From: Minisyncoccota bacterium
GTDB lineage: Bacteria; Patescibacteriota; Minisyncoccia; Phycocordibacterales; UBA9973
Assembly (NCBI GenBank): GCA_041675085.1
Contig: JBAYUN010000004.1
Coordinates: 2,032-66,031, forward strand
Direction: 5' to 3'
Length of the DNA stretch: 64,000 nucleotides
Shown here: one piece after another, positions 16,733 through 27,531 of the stretch
How positions within the stretch are numbered: position 1 is the first letter of the stretch
Layout: every line of letters starts with the position of its first letter
The notes under the pieces: generated by a model
Told to the model about the DNA's origin: nothing
Databases searched by the model: none
What the model saw: the letters and a program-made list of their open reading frames with translations, nothing else
Position numbers and translations under genes: made by a program

Positions 16733-19700
16733 CTATGATTGTACAGTTTGAGAAATTGGAAGATTTTTAACTCCGTATTCTCCTGTCCAGTCATTAGTTG
16801 TTGTTGAGTGTCCTGAAGCTGAAACGTCAGACCAAATGATTGTTACATCAGAGTCAGCAGTTTCTACATCAGCTGCACTATCTGAAGCTGCGTAAGCAGC
16901 ATCACCAGCAAGCTTTGTAACTACGTAGTCAACATCAATGTCAACAGAAGCAGCAGTCATACGTAATTCGTATGTCTTTGTTCCTGAAACTTGTTGTACA
17001 GCTGTAGCATCGAACTCTATAGTTCCTGAAGTGTTTGTAGCACCTACAGTTGTAAGAGTATCAGTACCAGCAACTTCTGCGTTAGCAGTAACATCCCATA
17101 GTACAGCGTTAGTTAATACTGGGTCAGCAGTCTTTGAAACTTCAAAGAACAATCTTGACCATTCAATAGTACCACCGTTTGAAGTGATAGTGAATCTTGA
17201 AAGCACGTTTTCACCTGCTTTTAATTTATCACCACTCAAAGCAACAGCTGTAATAGTTGGAGTTGCAGCGTAAGCATACATTGCATTTCCAGCTGGACCA
17301 TTTTCTAATGCTTCACAAGTTGAGTTTCCACAACCTGCATCGTTAGCTGAAGCATCTGAAGTACCAGTTGAAGTATTTGTAGCTGTGAAAGTTGATAGAG
17401 TTACAAGTTGTGAAGAACCTGTATCACCTGCACCAATTCCAACAGAACCTAATACTAATTTAACAGTCAACACTTTGTTTTGGTTAGCTGGAACATTCCA
17501 GTTAAGACCATTGAAAGTAACTGGACTAGCACCTGGTTTTGAAGCAATCAAAGTAGCACCGTCGTAAAGTTCTACACTTTGTGCCACAGTAGTATTACCT
17601 AATGTGAAAGTAAGATCTGTTACGTTGTATCCAGCAGTAATTGCAGCGAATTTGAATGCAGCAGCAGTAACTGTTTGATTGTCATGGACAATCGCAGCAA
17701 CTGGAGTTGAAGCATCTGTAGTAGCTGTAATTGAAGCTGTACCTGCTGTAATTGTTTGACCAGTTGTAACAGCTGGGGCAACCGCAGTTCCTGAAACACT
17801 AGCTGTACCTGTCAAAGTTAAGTCTATGTCAAAGTCAGTACCTACTGTTGCAGCAGAACCAAGATTTGCATAAAGCTCAATTGACATATTTGTATTCTTA
17901 ACCAATGTGTGATTGATTGAGAAAGCATTTCCTGTAGCACTAACTGTAGCTAAAGGAGAAGGTTGTGAAACAATGTTTCCTGCTGCATCTTTAACAACAA
18001 TATACATGTTTGTTAAATCATCAGCAATATCAAAGTCGTCAGCAGAACCTCCTTCATCAAATGAAACTGTTGTTAAAAGAACATCTTCTACTGAAGAACC
18101 TGCAACGTTCCAAGAACCGATTTTGAAACCAGTAGCTGGAAGAGAAACAGATTGGTTAGCATAAGTTGCGTTCTTTGTAAGACTAACAGTTGCTGAAGCA
18201 ACAGTTAATGTATTACCATTAACAGCTGTACCAGGAGCATTGAATGATCCTAGAGAATCAACTTTTTGAGCGTTTGATGAACCAATAGCGATAACACCAA
18301 TTATAGTATCACCAGCTGTAAGGTCGTTTGTACCGTCATTGTCAAACATATCTGCATGTAAGTCCATAAGTACTGGTGTACCTGGGTTTACAGTGTAATT
18401 CAATGTGTATTGTGTATAAGCAGGTGTTGAAGAGTCTTCCATCAAAGTTGATGTAGAACCGTATTGAACACCACCTATAACGATACGTCCATTTCTTAAT
18501 GAATCTACAGCGTTATCAGAAGTTGTGAATGAAGCACGGATATTTTCGATCTTGATAGGTTCACCGTAAGCTGTAACTTTGTAAGTAGCGATTTTAACAT
18601 CGTTACCAGCTAAAGTTGCGTTTGTTGAAGAAGATGAAACATCTTTTTCAATGATTAATGAACCTCCACCTTGACCTGAAATTGTACTTTCAGTAGCAGG
18701 AGCCCATGGTAATGGATCAGTTGTTACACCACCTACAACACCAGGAACAATGTTAACTCCGAAAGATGAATCTACGAAATCAACATCAGCTGCACTTCTC
18801 AAAGAGAAATGAACTGTTCTTGAAGCACCAGATACGATATCAGCATCAACACGTACTACACGTGTTCCTGATTGTAGCATTACTGGAGTTGAAGTCATGT
18901 CAAAAGTAACATAACCGTTAACATCTACACCAGCAGCTGTCGCAACTTGAACTCCATTTACATAAAGTTTAAAGCCACCGAAAGCATTAGCTGGAGCTGA
19001 TCCAACATTTCTGAAAGCTACTCTTTTCATCCAAACATCTCTTTGTGAGATATTTAAACTTGATTGCCACACTGTTACGTTTGCACCTGGGTTAAGAGTT
19101 GCATTTGTAGGTGTTTCTATTCCAGAAGTAACGCCAGCTAATGTAGCATTAGCTATTGAATGAATGTTACCTGAAAGGTTAACAGTTGAAGTTGTGCCTC
19201 CAGCTGTAACTGTTGCAAGCATCATACCTACAGTTTGACCTGAAGTATTAGCAGCAATGTCAGACTTTACAGAAATAGTTTTTGTACCGTTAACTGTGAA
19301 GATTCCTGAAGGAACGTTGAATGTAACTGTACCGTTGTTTGAAACTGAAGCTGCATCTGTCAAACGTGTAGCACCGTCAAATAGGTAAACGTTTGAAGGA
19401 GTAGCGTCAGCTGAAACTCCGATTCTTTGTAAAGTAACAGCAGTAACTGTGCCTGATCCACTGAAAGTGAAGTTAGCTAAGTTAGCTGTAGCTTGTCCTG
19501 CAACAAGAGTAGATGAAGCTGGATTGTTTGAAGACAATGCAACTGTAACTGGTCCTGTTTGTGAAGTTGAACCTGAACATGGTTGTCCAGTTGTAGAACT
19601 GAATCCTGATGTTGATGAACAACCTGCTGGAAGAGTTGTACTAACTCCTGTAGAACAAGATACTCCTGTGATAGGAGAGAATCCTGCTGATGATGTACAT

Positions 19701-20046
19701 CCTGCTGGATAGTTACCTCCTGTTGAAGTTGTACCTGTCCATGAAGCTCTTGAAGCTGGTCCAAAGATACCGTCTGCTGTTAATCCCTTACTAGCTTGGT
19801 AAGCTTGTACGGCTGTTTTGGTTTTAGAACCGAAGTAGTTTGTTTCACTACCTACTGATCCTGCACCTGAAGTTGAAACAACGAATCCTTTTGAGTTAAG
19901 ACCTTGTTGAAGTTCTTTAACTTGACTGTTGTTTGAACCTAGTTTTAGTGTTGAAGTGATAGCAGCTGAAGCTGTTCCTGTTGAAAGGATAACTGCAGCA
20001 GCAACCATCAAACCTAAAACGAATTTTGATTTGAATAAATTACTCA
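16733..20046 (-). CDS. Giant Ser/Thr/Ala/Gly-rich secreted surface protein with an N-terminal PG_binding_1 domain (S-layer- or adhesin-like); the ORF reaches 20113 but the likely start is MSNLFKSKF at 20046
   Basis: A signal peptide and LKLGSNNSQVKELQQGLNSKGF..FG..T..AV..YQ..KGLTADG are followed by about 1000 aa of low-complexity beta-rich sequence. Confidence 0.7.
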
Positions 20047-20640
20047 TATTTTTTTTAATTACGCCATTAATAAGTTTCGACAAAACTAAAAGCGTATTTT
20101 CTATCGTCCTCATCCCTACTTAATTAATAAATAATAATAATGCGTAGTGACTTGCGAGGACAAAAAGATTTGAACTAAACTTGAAAACATAACTAAAGAC
20201 ATTTGCAATTGTGATGCAAACATTTTTATTGTATTAAGTTTTCAATGACCTTTCTTTTACCGAATCTTTGCAATAAATTTATTTTACTAAACTTAAAACA
20301 AAGACAGGCTTTGATCCTTTGTGTACTAAATCTTTTCGACGAAATTTAGCAACAAGATCTTATACTATATATAAGTATGAGAATAAGACTTTCGTAAAAT
20401 TCTTCACACTAATAATATATACGTATACATTATAATATAGACTCTCGAATAAGAGCAATATTACAACGTGTGGATAACCGATAATTTCGCATAAGAAAAA
20501 TAAATTCTTCGCTAGTTACTCCACCTATCTATATTGGCATATTTTTGACATAAAAGCAAACACAAATTAGGTTCTAGTCGCTAGGTTCTAGGTTCTAGGA
20601 AAATGCAAAAATGCAAAAAACAAAGAAAGGTTATTAGAGA

Positions 20641-21564
20641 TTATTTTTTGAAAAAATATCTGGACCATCTCTTCTCCCCTGTCTTATACAATAGGTTGTC
20701 CTTTACCAGGGAGACGAGTTCTCTCTGGAGAGTCTTCTCACTCATGGTGGTGAATTGACCTTTTGAGAGGGAGCGAACTTCGGTTATCGTGAGTCCGTTA
20801 GGGTTGTCCTTTATCACGGATACTATCTCTGTACGGCGTTCTTGCTTGCTCGTGTTATCTTTGATATTCTCTTTATTTTTATCGTAAACTTTTGGAATAT
20901 TTTTGTTCGTATCTCCTGCCTTGGTCTTCGTCTTTGCTTCGATTTCTTTCAAAGCTTTGAGTAGGGTGCTACCCTTTTGGAGTCCGATATTGGTCGGAGC
21001 TTGTCTGATAGATTTCTTTAATCTCTCCATGTGTGACCTCTGATCTGCGTGAGAGAATTCTTGCTTTACTTCGAACATTTTAGGGCGAGATTCTAGTCTG
21101 TCTTTTATCTCGCGATTTGGATTTTGGAGAGCGTTTTGATTTTGAGTATTTTCTTCATCTTTGAATAAGTCAGATAGTACTTGGTCGCTGTAGGGATTCC
21201 TATTACCGAGAGAATCTTCGACTGACTTTTTGAAAAGATAGAATTCTTTTTTTAAGATATCGGCATTCATCTGAGACATGAGTTTTACATTACTTGAGAT
21301 GTCTAATAGAACTAGAGTTTGAGATATTTTATTTAGTAGTCCGATAGATATGTAGTCTGTCCTTGATGAGAAGGTAGATATGTCCGATATGATTTCTAGC
21401 CCTATATTTCTGAGTTTATTCCTTATGCCTTCTTGTTTGTCCATTATGTCCGTGACCATAAAGAGAGCTGTGATGAGTTTGTGAGACTTGGTGTAAGAGA
21501 AAGACAAAGTTGTGTCTTTTATATGAAAACCGATGTCTCTTGTATTGTTTTCATTATTTTCCAT
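20641..21564 (-). CDS. Hypothetical protein with a C-terminal winged-helix DNA-binding domain
   Basis: The C-terminus reads ..LTITEVRSLS..SEKTLQRELVSLVKDNLLYKTGEKRWSRY; the N-terminal 220 aa are unassigned. Confidence 0.5.
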   Translation of the reverse strand: MENNENNTRDIGFHIKDTTLSFSYTKSHKLITALFMVTDIMDKQEGIRNKLRNIGLEIISDISTFSSRTDYISIGLLNKISQTLVLLDISSNVKLMSQMNADILKKEFYLFKKSVEDSLGNRNPYSDQVLSDLFKDEENTQNQNALQNPNREIKDRLESRPKMFEVKQEFSHADQRSHMERLKKSIRQAPTNIGLQKGSTLLKALKEIEAKTKTKAGDTNKNIPKVYDKNKENIKDNTSKQERRTEIVSVIKDNPNGLTITEVRSLSKGQFTTMSEKTLQRELVSLVKDNLLYKTGEKRWSRYFFKK

Positions 21565-21606
21565 GTGTCCATTATATATTTCTCTCGGACTTTTGCAAGC
21601 CCGAGA

Positions 21607-21715
21607 TTAGGTTCTAGTTTCTAGTTACTAGGGGCTAGGTTCTAAAATTAGTTTCTAGTTTCTAGTTGATAGGTTCTAGAAAGCAAACAACTAAACACTA
21701 GCACCTAGAAACTAA
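21607..21715. repeat. Array of CTAG-containing direct repeats (taggttctag / tagtttctag) phased at about 10-11 bp; shorter arrays at 20568-20599 and 26041-26068
   Basis: At least seven TTCTAG cores within 75 bp, in the divergent region between the winged-helix gene and ftsK. Confidence 0.6.
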
Positions 21716-21741
21716 TACCTAATCTATGCTAAAATATATCA

Positions 21742-23964
21742 ATGGCGAAAAAGAAATTAAAGAGGGTTAAACGAAATGAAACACAGAAGGCGGAGGTAGA
21801 AAAAAATAATTCTTTAAGTTTAAAAACAGAAACAAAACACGGAATATTGGCTGTTGTTTTTTTTGTTATAGCATTATTTTTATTTATGTCAGCTTTTGAA
21901 ATGGGAGGAGTAGCGGGAGAATTTTTTTATAAAATTCTTTCTTATGTATTCGGAGTTGGGTATGTATTGTTGCCGATACTTTTCTTGTTGTTAGGATCAT
22001 CTTATATCAAATCTGAGAGTCCAAATCTTGGAGGTGTGCGTATTGCGAGTTCTATTTTATTCTTGCTCTCAGGTCTCGGTATTATCGATATCGCGACTAG
22101 TAGCAATCCAGGAGAATTTAGTGGAGATCATGCGGGAGGATTTTTAGGAAAAATTCTCGCGACTCCACTCGTAAATCTTTTTGATGTGTATGCGAGTATC
22201 GTATTCCTCGGAGCGTTGCTCATCATCTCGATACTAATCATGTTTGATACAAAACCAAACTTGATAAAATTCTTTAACAGCATTTACAATTTCTTTACTG
22301 GTAAAAAAGACGAGAGTCTCGAAGGTGAAGAAGAGGACGAAACAGACGAGGAAGAAGAAACAGAAGACGAGGAAGAAGTAGTCGAGAAAATAAAAAAAGT
22401 TCCAGCAGTCGCAAGTACACGCGAACCTGAAATGAAAATCGCAGAGAAAGAAGAAGAGATGCCTATCAAGAAATTGAAACCTAGCACCATGTCTAACTAC
22501 GTCCCTCCTCCTCTGTCTCTACTAGAAGAAGATAAAGGTAAAGCCAATACCGGAGACATAAAAGCAAATTCAAATATCATAAAAAGAACTCTTATGAACT
22601 TTGGTATCGAAGTCGAAATGGACGAGATAACTATCGGGCCGACAGTGACCCGTTATGCATTGAAGCCTGCCGAAGGAGTGAAACTCTCTCGTATACTCGG
22701 ACTGCAAAATGACCTATCACTCGCACTCGCTGCTCACCCTCTCCGTATCGAAGCTCCTATCCCAGGCAAGTCTCTCGTCGGTATCGAAGTCCCAAACAAA
22801 ACTAAATCTACAGTCGGACTCGCTACCCTACTCGCTGATGATAAATTCCAACATTCACCAAAACCACTAACTCTAGCACTCGGTCGTTCTATCTCGGGCA
22901 AAGCGAGTTTTGGAAACTTGGCAAAAATGCCTCACTGTCTAGTCGCGGGTACTACTGGATCTGGAAAATCTGTGACCATACACTCGATGATAACTTCTCT
23001 ACTATATAGAAACGGACCTGAGGACTTGAAATTCATCATGGTAGACCCAAAACGTGTCGAGCTCACTCTATACAAAAACATCCCTCACCTATTGACCCCA
23101 GTCATCACCGAAGCCAAGAAAGCCATCCTCGCTCTAAAATGGGCGGCGAAAGAGATGGATAGAAGATACGACATATTGGAGCAAGAGTCTGTGCGTGATA
23201 TCGAATCTTATCACAACAACGTATTAGGAAAGAATAAGTCTCGAGCGGAAGGTGAAAAAGAATTAGAGCGCATGCCTTATATCGTGATATTTATCGACGA
23301 GTTGGCGGACATCATGACCACTTATCCTCGTGAACTCGAGTCTGGTATCGTGAGACTTGCTCAAATGTCTCGTGCGGTTGGTATTCACCTAGTACTATCT
23401 ACTCAAAGACCAGAGGTAAACGTCATCACAGGACTTATCAAGGCCAACGTCCCTGCTCGTATAGCTCTAAAAGTATCTTCACAAATAGACTCTCGTACAA
23501 TACTCGACACAGGAGGAGCCGAGAAATTGCTCGGAGCGGGAGACATGCTCTACTCTTCAGGTGAGGCACAACCAGAACGTCTACAAAGTGCCTTTATATC
23601 TGAGACTGAAGTTAAGAAAGTCGTGAGTTATCTATCTGATGCTTATAAAGATGAAATCAATGCAGAAATAAATCTAACTCCTGCTAGCGTGGGAAACGAC
23701 AAAGGGATATTCGAAAGTACTCTCGACGGCGAGGATGAAGTCGACGATGAGATGTATGAAGAAGCTCGTGCGACAGTTATCGAAGCTGGTAAAGCTAGTA
23801 CTTCATACCTACAAAGGAAACTCAAGCTCGGATATGCTCGTGCAGCGCGCCTAATAGACGTACTCGAAGCGAGAGGAGTTATCGGTCCTGGAGACGGAGC
23901 AAAGCCGAGAGAAGTATTGGAGAAAATCAACAGAGATGAGAACGGCGATAACGTCATGGAATAA
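21742..23964 (+). CDS. ftsK: DNA translocase FtsK/SpoIIIE
   Basis: N-terminal TM helices, an acidic linker, Walker A (VAGTTGSGKSV) and a C-terminal gamma (winged-helix) domain. Confidence 0.9.
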   Translation: MAKKKLKRVKRNETQKAEVEKNNSLSLKTETKHGILAVVFFVIALFLFMSAFEMGGVAGEFFYKILSYVFGVGYVLLPILFLLLGSSYIKSESPNLGGVRIASSILFLLSGLGIIDIATSSNPGEFSGDHAGGFLGKILATPLVNLFDVYASIVFLGALLIISILIMFDTKPNLIKFFNSIYNFFTGKKDESLEGEEEDETDEEEETEDEEEVVEKIKKVPAVASTREPEMKIAEKEEEMPIKKLKPSTMSNYVPPPLSLLEEDKGKANTGDIKANSNIIKRTLMNFGIEVEMDEITIGPTVTRYALKPAEGVKLSRILGLQNDLSLALAAHPLRIEAPIPGKSLVGIEVPNKTKSTVGLATLLADDKFQHSPKPLTLALGRSISGKASFGNLAKMPHCLVAGTTGSGKSVTIHSMITSLLYRNGPEDLKFIMVDPKRVELTLYKNIPHLLTPVITEAKKAILALKWAAKEMDRRYDILEQESVRDIESYHNNVLGKNKSRAEGEKELERMPYIVIFIDELADIMTTYPRELESGIVRLAQMSRAVGIHLVLSTQRPEVNVITGLIKANVPARIALKVSSQIDSRTILDTGGAEKLLGAGDMLYSSGEAQPERLQSAFISETEVKKVVSYLSDAYKDEINAEINLTPASVGNDKGIFESTLDGEDEVDDEMYEEARATVIEAGKASTSYLQRKLKLGYARAARLIDVLEARGVIGPGDGAKPREVLEKINRDENGDNVME

Positions 23965-23969
23965 TAGAT

Positions 23970-24320
23970 ATGGAAAAAGACTTTAAAACCAAATTAATAA
24001 TAGGAGCGACTGCGTTTTTCTCATTATTTATATTAGTTTATGCGGTTTTCCAGTTTAAAGATGTGATATTTGGAATACAAATACAAGAAGTAAATATCGT
24101 CGACGGTAGTACTATAGATCAGAATCCCTTACGCATTACTGGAATAGCAAGACATGCAGTATATCTATCTCTCAATGGTAGAGAGATATCGATAGACAAG
24201 GACGGAAATTGGGACGAGACTATTGCCCTACTCTCGGGATATAATATAATAGAAATAGAAGCCAGAGATAAATTTGGCAACACTGACGCAAAGAATTACA
24301 AACTAATGTATCCATTATAA
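23970..24320 (+). CDS. Small membrane-anchored hypothetical protein
   Basis: 116-aa ORF with an N-terminal TM segment. Confidence 0.45.
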   Translation: MEKDFKTKLIIGATAFFSLFILVYAVFQFKDVIFGIQIQEVNIVDGSTIDQNPLRITGIARHAVYLSLNGREISIDKDGNWDETIALLSGYNIIEIEARDKFGNTDAKNYKLMYPL

Positions 24321-24352
24321 AAGTTATAAATTATTAATATTAAATTAAATAT

Positions 24353-25408
24353 ATGAAGAAAAAAGAAAAAAAGGCAGATAAAGTAGTCGGAGGTGATAGT
24401 AGTATCTTAGAGAATACTCTAAAGGCTATCCAAACCAAGTTTGGTGAAGGCTCTATTATGAAGCTCGGTGATACACCGAAGGTGAATATAAATTCTATAT
24501 CTACAGGCTCACTAGGCCTTGATATGGCGCTAGGAATAGGAGGAATACCAAGAGGTAGAATCATAGAGATATTTGGACCAGAGTCTTCAGGTAAGACTAC
24601 CCTATCTCTCCACGTAGTCGCAGAGGCGCAAAAGCTCGGTGGAGTTTGTGCTTATATCGACGCGGAGCATGCTATGGATCCAGAATATACAAAGAAATTA
24701 GGCGTAAATATCAACGACCTGCTAATCTCTCAACCTGATAACGGTGAACAAGCGCTCGAAATAGTAGAGAGTCTAGTACGTACAGGTAAAATAGACGTCG
24801 TAGTTATCGACTCTGTAGCGGCTTTGACTCCAAAAGATGAAATCGAAGGAGATATGGGAGCGTATCATGTCGGTAAACAAGCTCGCCTTATGTCTCAAGC
24901 ATTACGTAAACTCACAGCTATCGTCGCAAAATCTAAAACTGCGGTGATATTTATCAACCAAATCCGTATGCAGATAGGAGTTATGTTCGGTAATCCTGAG
25001 ACAACACCAGGAGGTAAAGCTTTGAAATTCTACACTTCAGTCCGTCTAGATATCCGTCGTATTGCTCAAATCAAAAAAGGTGAAGAAGTAGTCGGAGGAA
25101 GAACACGCGTCAAAGTCGTAAAGAATAAAGTCGCAGCTCCTTTCAAACAAACTGAATTTGATATAATTTACAATGAAGGTATATCACGTGAAGGAGAAAT
25201 CATGGCTCTCGGCGAGAAGCTCGGTATTATAGAGAAGTCTGGGGCTTCATATTCATACAAAGGTAAAGACGGAGAAAAGATTTCTATGGGACGTGGATAT
25301 GATGCTACTCGTACATGGCTAAAGGAAAATCCTAAAGTAATGAAAGATTTTGAAAAAGAAGTCCGCACACGCTTTGGAGAAATACAAGTAGCTAGTTCTG
25401 GGGAATAA
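24353..25408 (+). CDS. recA: Recombinase RecA
   Basis: [10 protein letters not shown] Walker A and the canonical RecA core. Confidence 0.95.
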   Translation: MKKKEKKADKVVGGDSSILENTLKAIQTKFGEGSIMKLGDTPKVNINSISTGSLGLDMALGIGGIPRGRIIEIFGPESSGKTTLSLHVVAEAQKLGGVCAYIDAEHAMDPEYTKKLGVNINDLLISQPDNGEQALEIVESLVRTGKIDVVVIDSVAALTPKDEIEGDMGAYHVGKQARLMSQALRKLTAIVAKSKTAVIFINQIRMQIGVMFGNPETTPGGKALKFYTSVRLDIRRIAQIKKGEEVVGGRTRVKVVKNKVAAPFKQTEFDIIYNEGISREGEIMALGEKLGIIEKSGASYSYKGKDGEKISMGRGYDATRTWLKENPKVMKDFEKEVRTRFGEIQVASSGE

Positions 25409-25444
25409 CTTGAAAATTATCAGATAAAAGTATAATATACCAAT

Positions 25445-26032
25445 ATGGCAACTTTAGAATACAGTGAAATAAGAGAAAAGAAGATTATTATTCATGATGA
25501 TGAACCTTGTGAAGTTATCGAGTCTCATGTAGCTCGGACTCAACAACGTAAACCTCAAAACCAAGTAAAACTAAAAAGTCTTGTCTCAGGAAAGACTTTT
25601 GCAGCTACTTTCCACGTATCTGATAAGGCAGACGAAGCTGATATCGAGAAAAGAGATGTAAAGTTCTTGTATGCAAACAAAGGTGAATACTGGTTCGCGG
25701 ATCCAGAAGACCCAAAGAGTAGATTTAAATTAGATGCGGCTTTGGTATCAGATTCAGCTAAATTCTTTAAAGAAAACGGACTAGTCCAAGCTATGGTCTG
25801 GGACGACGACGGTGAAGAGAAGACTATTAAAATCACTCTACCTATCAAGATAGACTTTAAGGTCAAAGAAGCTCCCCCTGCAGTCAAAGGTAATACCGCT
25901 CAAGGAGGCAACAAGATAATTACTCTAGAGAACGGCACTACTGTGAACGCTCCTATGTTTATCGAAGAAGGCGACGTTGTATCTGTAAATACTGAAACTG
26001 GGACTTATGTAGAGCGTGTGACTAAGATATAA
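25445..26032 (+). CDS. efp: Elongation factor P
   Basis: EF-P KOW/OB signature; 195 aa. Confidence 0.85.
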   Translation: MATLEYSEIREKKIIIHDDEPCEVIESHVARTQQRKPQNQVKLKSLVSGKTFAATFHVSDKADEADIEKRDVKFLYANKGEYWFADPEDPKSRFKLDAALVSDSAKFFKENGLVQAMVWDDDGEEKTIKITLPIKIDFKVKEAPPAVKGNTAQGGNKIITLENGTTVNAPMFIEEGDVVSVNTETGTYVERVTKI

Positions 26033-26083
26033 GAATTTGGTACTAGTTTCTAGTGACTAGGTTATAGGTTTAAATACAACAAT

Positions 26084-26120
26084 AAAAAAGCCCTCAGCCT
26101 AAGGCTGAGGGCTTTTTTAT
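26084..26120. terminator. Bidirectional terminator between convergent efp and rpsR (gccctcagcc taa ggctgagggc)
   Basis: Perfect 10-bp stem with A- and T-runs. Confidence 0.65.
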
Positions 26121-26137
26121 TTAATATTTATAGAATA

Positions 26138-26338
26138 TTATTTAGCTACGAAAGGCAATAATCCCATAAATCTAGCGTGCTTGATAGCATTTGCTAAAGA
26201 TCTTTGATTCTTTGCTGTTACACCTGTACGCTTATGGTTTAAAATCTTACCATTAGGGTTGATGAACTTTCTAAGGATATCAGTATCCTTGTAGTCTATA
26301 TATTTTATATTATTTGCTGAAAAGTAATCTTGTTTCAT
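26138..26338 (-). CDS. rpsR: 30S ribosomal protein S18
   Basis: S18 signature. Confidence 0.9.
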   Translation of the reverse strand: MKQDYFSANNIKYIDYKDTDILRKFINPNGKILNHKRTGVTAKNQRSLANAIKHARFMGLLPFVAK

Positions 26339-26351
26339 ATATTTATCTCTA

Positions 26352-26375
26352 CCCTGTCAGTCGCGACTGACGGGG
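26352..26375. repeat. Family-2 palindromic element ccctgtcagtcgcgactgacgggg, in the ssb-rpsR spacer
   Basis: Near-perfect 24-bp palindrome, also present at 15825, 62728 and 63646. Confidence 0.7.
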
Positions 26376-26394
26376 TTAACTTATAATTTAATTT

Positions 26395-26853
26395 CTAAAA
26401 TGGAATGTCTTCTGGGTTTATATCTTCTTCTGGATATTCTATAGAGTCCATTTCCCCTCCGTCTTGAGGCTTTGAAGCTTGAGCATTGTTCTCAGTTGGA
26501 GTATAACCACCGGTTGCGCCAGTCGGCTTTGGTCCAAATTGAGTCTTGTCAGCTACTATTTCGGTGCGGTATTTCTTCTCTCCACTATTCTTGTCATCCC
26601 AACTACGAGTCTGCATTCTTCCTTCGACTAGCATTGAGTTGCCCTTTTTCATGTATTGAGCAACAGTTTCTGCTTGGCGACCGAAAACCACAACGTTGTG
26701 ATAATCAGTAGATTCTTGGCGAGCTCCGTTTGCATCTTTCCAAACGCGATTCGTTGCTAAAGAAAAACTACAAACCTTGATTCCTGATGGCAGGGCTTTG
26801 AGCTCTGGATCACGAGTAAGGTTACCTATTACTATTGCTTTATTTAAATACAT
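26395..26853 (-). CDS. ssb: Single-stranded DNA-binding protein
   Basis: OB-fold core and an acidic C-terminal tail ending DIPF. Confidence 0.9.
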   Translation of the reverse strand: MYLNKAIVIGNLTRDPELKALPSGIKVCSFSLATNRVWKDANGARQESTDYHNVVVFGRQAETVAQYMKKGNSMLVEGRMQTRSWDDKNSGEKKYRTEIVADKTQFGPKPTGATGGYTPTENNAQASKPQDGGEMDSIEYPEEDINPEDIPF

Positions 26854-26878
26854 AATTTAATTAGTTAAATAATAAGGT

Positions 26879-27379
26879 TTACGCAGACACCATCTTCTCT
26901 ATCTCTTCATCGATTTCTTTTTCATCGATTGGAGCGACTTCTTCTTCACCTTCTTTTTTAGCGGTGAAAGTTTTTCTCTTGATACCACCTTCTTTAGTAG
27001 GAAATCTCTTTTGAGCAAGAGTATTTTCACGAACGGTCTTAAGTATCAAAAATCTAATAATGTTTGGATCTAGGTCTAGTTTCTTCTTTAATTCTAAGAT
27101 ACCGACTGAATCCATCTCAAACTTAACCCAACCGAAGTAAGCATCATCAAACTTACTACGCACGTTTTGCACCACCTTTAGCATTGTGTAGGCTAATGGT
27201 ATCATCTTTGGCATCTCTTCAGAGATGAATTCACCTTTCAAACTTGAAACAAGCTCTTTAAGGTTACCAACGATGGTAGGCACTTCTTCTTCAGACAAAG
27301 TTGGCGCCAAAAGGTAGCCCACTTCGTAGATTTTTGTGTTTAATTCGACTTCTTCTAAATTTTTTTCCTTTTCCTTCAT
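26879..27379 (-). CDS. rpsF: 30S ribosomal protein S6 (with a C-terminal acidic extension)
   Basis: S6 core, in the conserved rpsF-ssb-rpsR arrangement. Confidence 0.8.
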   Translation of the reverse strand: MKEKEKNLEEVELNTKIYEVGYLLAPTLSEEEVPTIVGNLKELVSSLKGEFISEEMPKMIPLAYTMLKVVQNVRSKFDDAYFGWVKFEMDSVGILELKKKLDLDPNIIRFLILKTVRENTLAQKRFPTKEGGIKRKTFTAKKEGEEEVAPIDEKEIDEEIEKMVSA

Positions 27380-27531
27380 ATCGCTATATATTAGCAGAAA
27401 GAGTCGGATATGTAAAGAGAGCTAAATATGAGGTAAAAATGATGTAAACAATAAAAATCTAAGATTTATATTTAAATAATAACAGTTGGTTTTTTGATAT
27501 TAACCATAAAAATGATAATATCATTAATATA

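Noticed and set aside
16733-20113. Horizontal acquisition of the giant S/T-rich gene, inferred from its higher GC
   Set aside because: The GC elevation is explained by the Ala/Gly/Thr/Ser codon composition of a low-complexity protein. Its flanks carry the same promoter and REP elements as neighbouring native genes.
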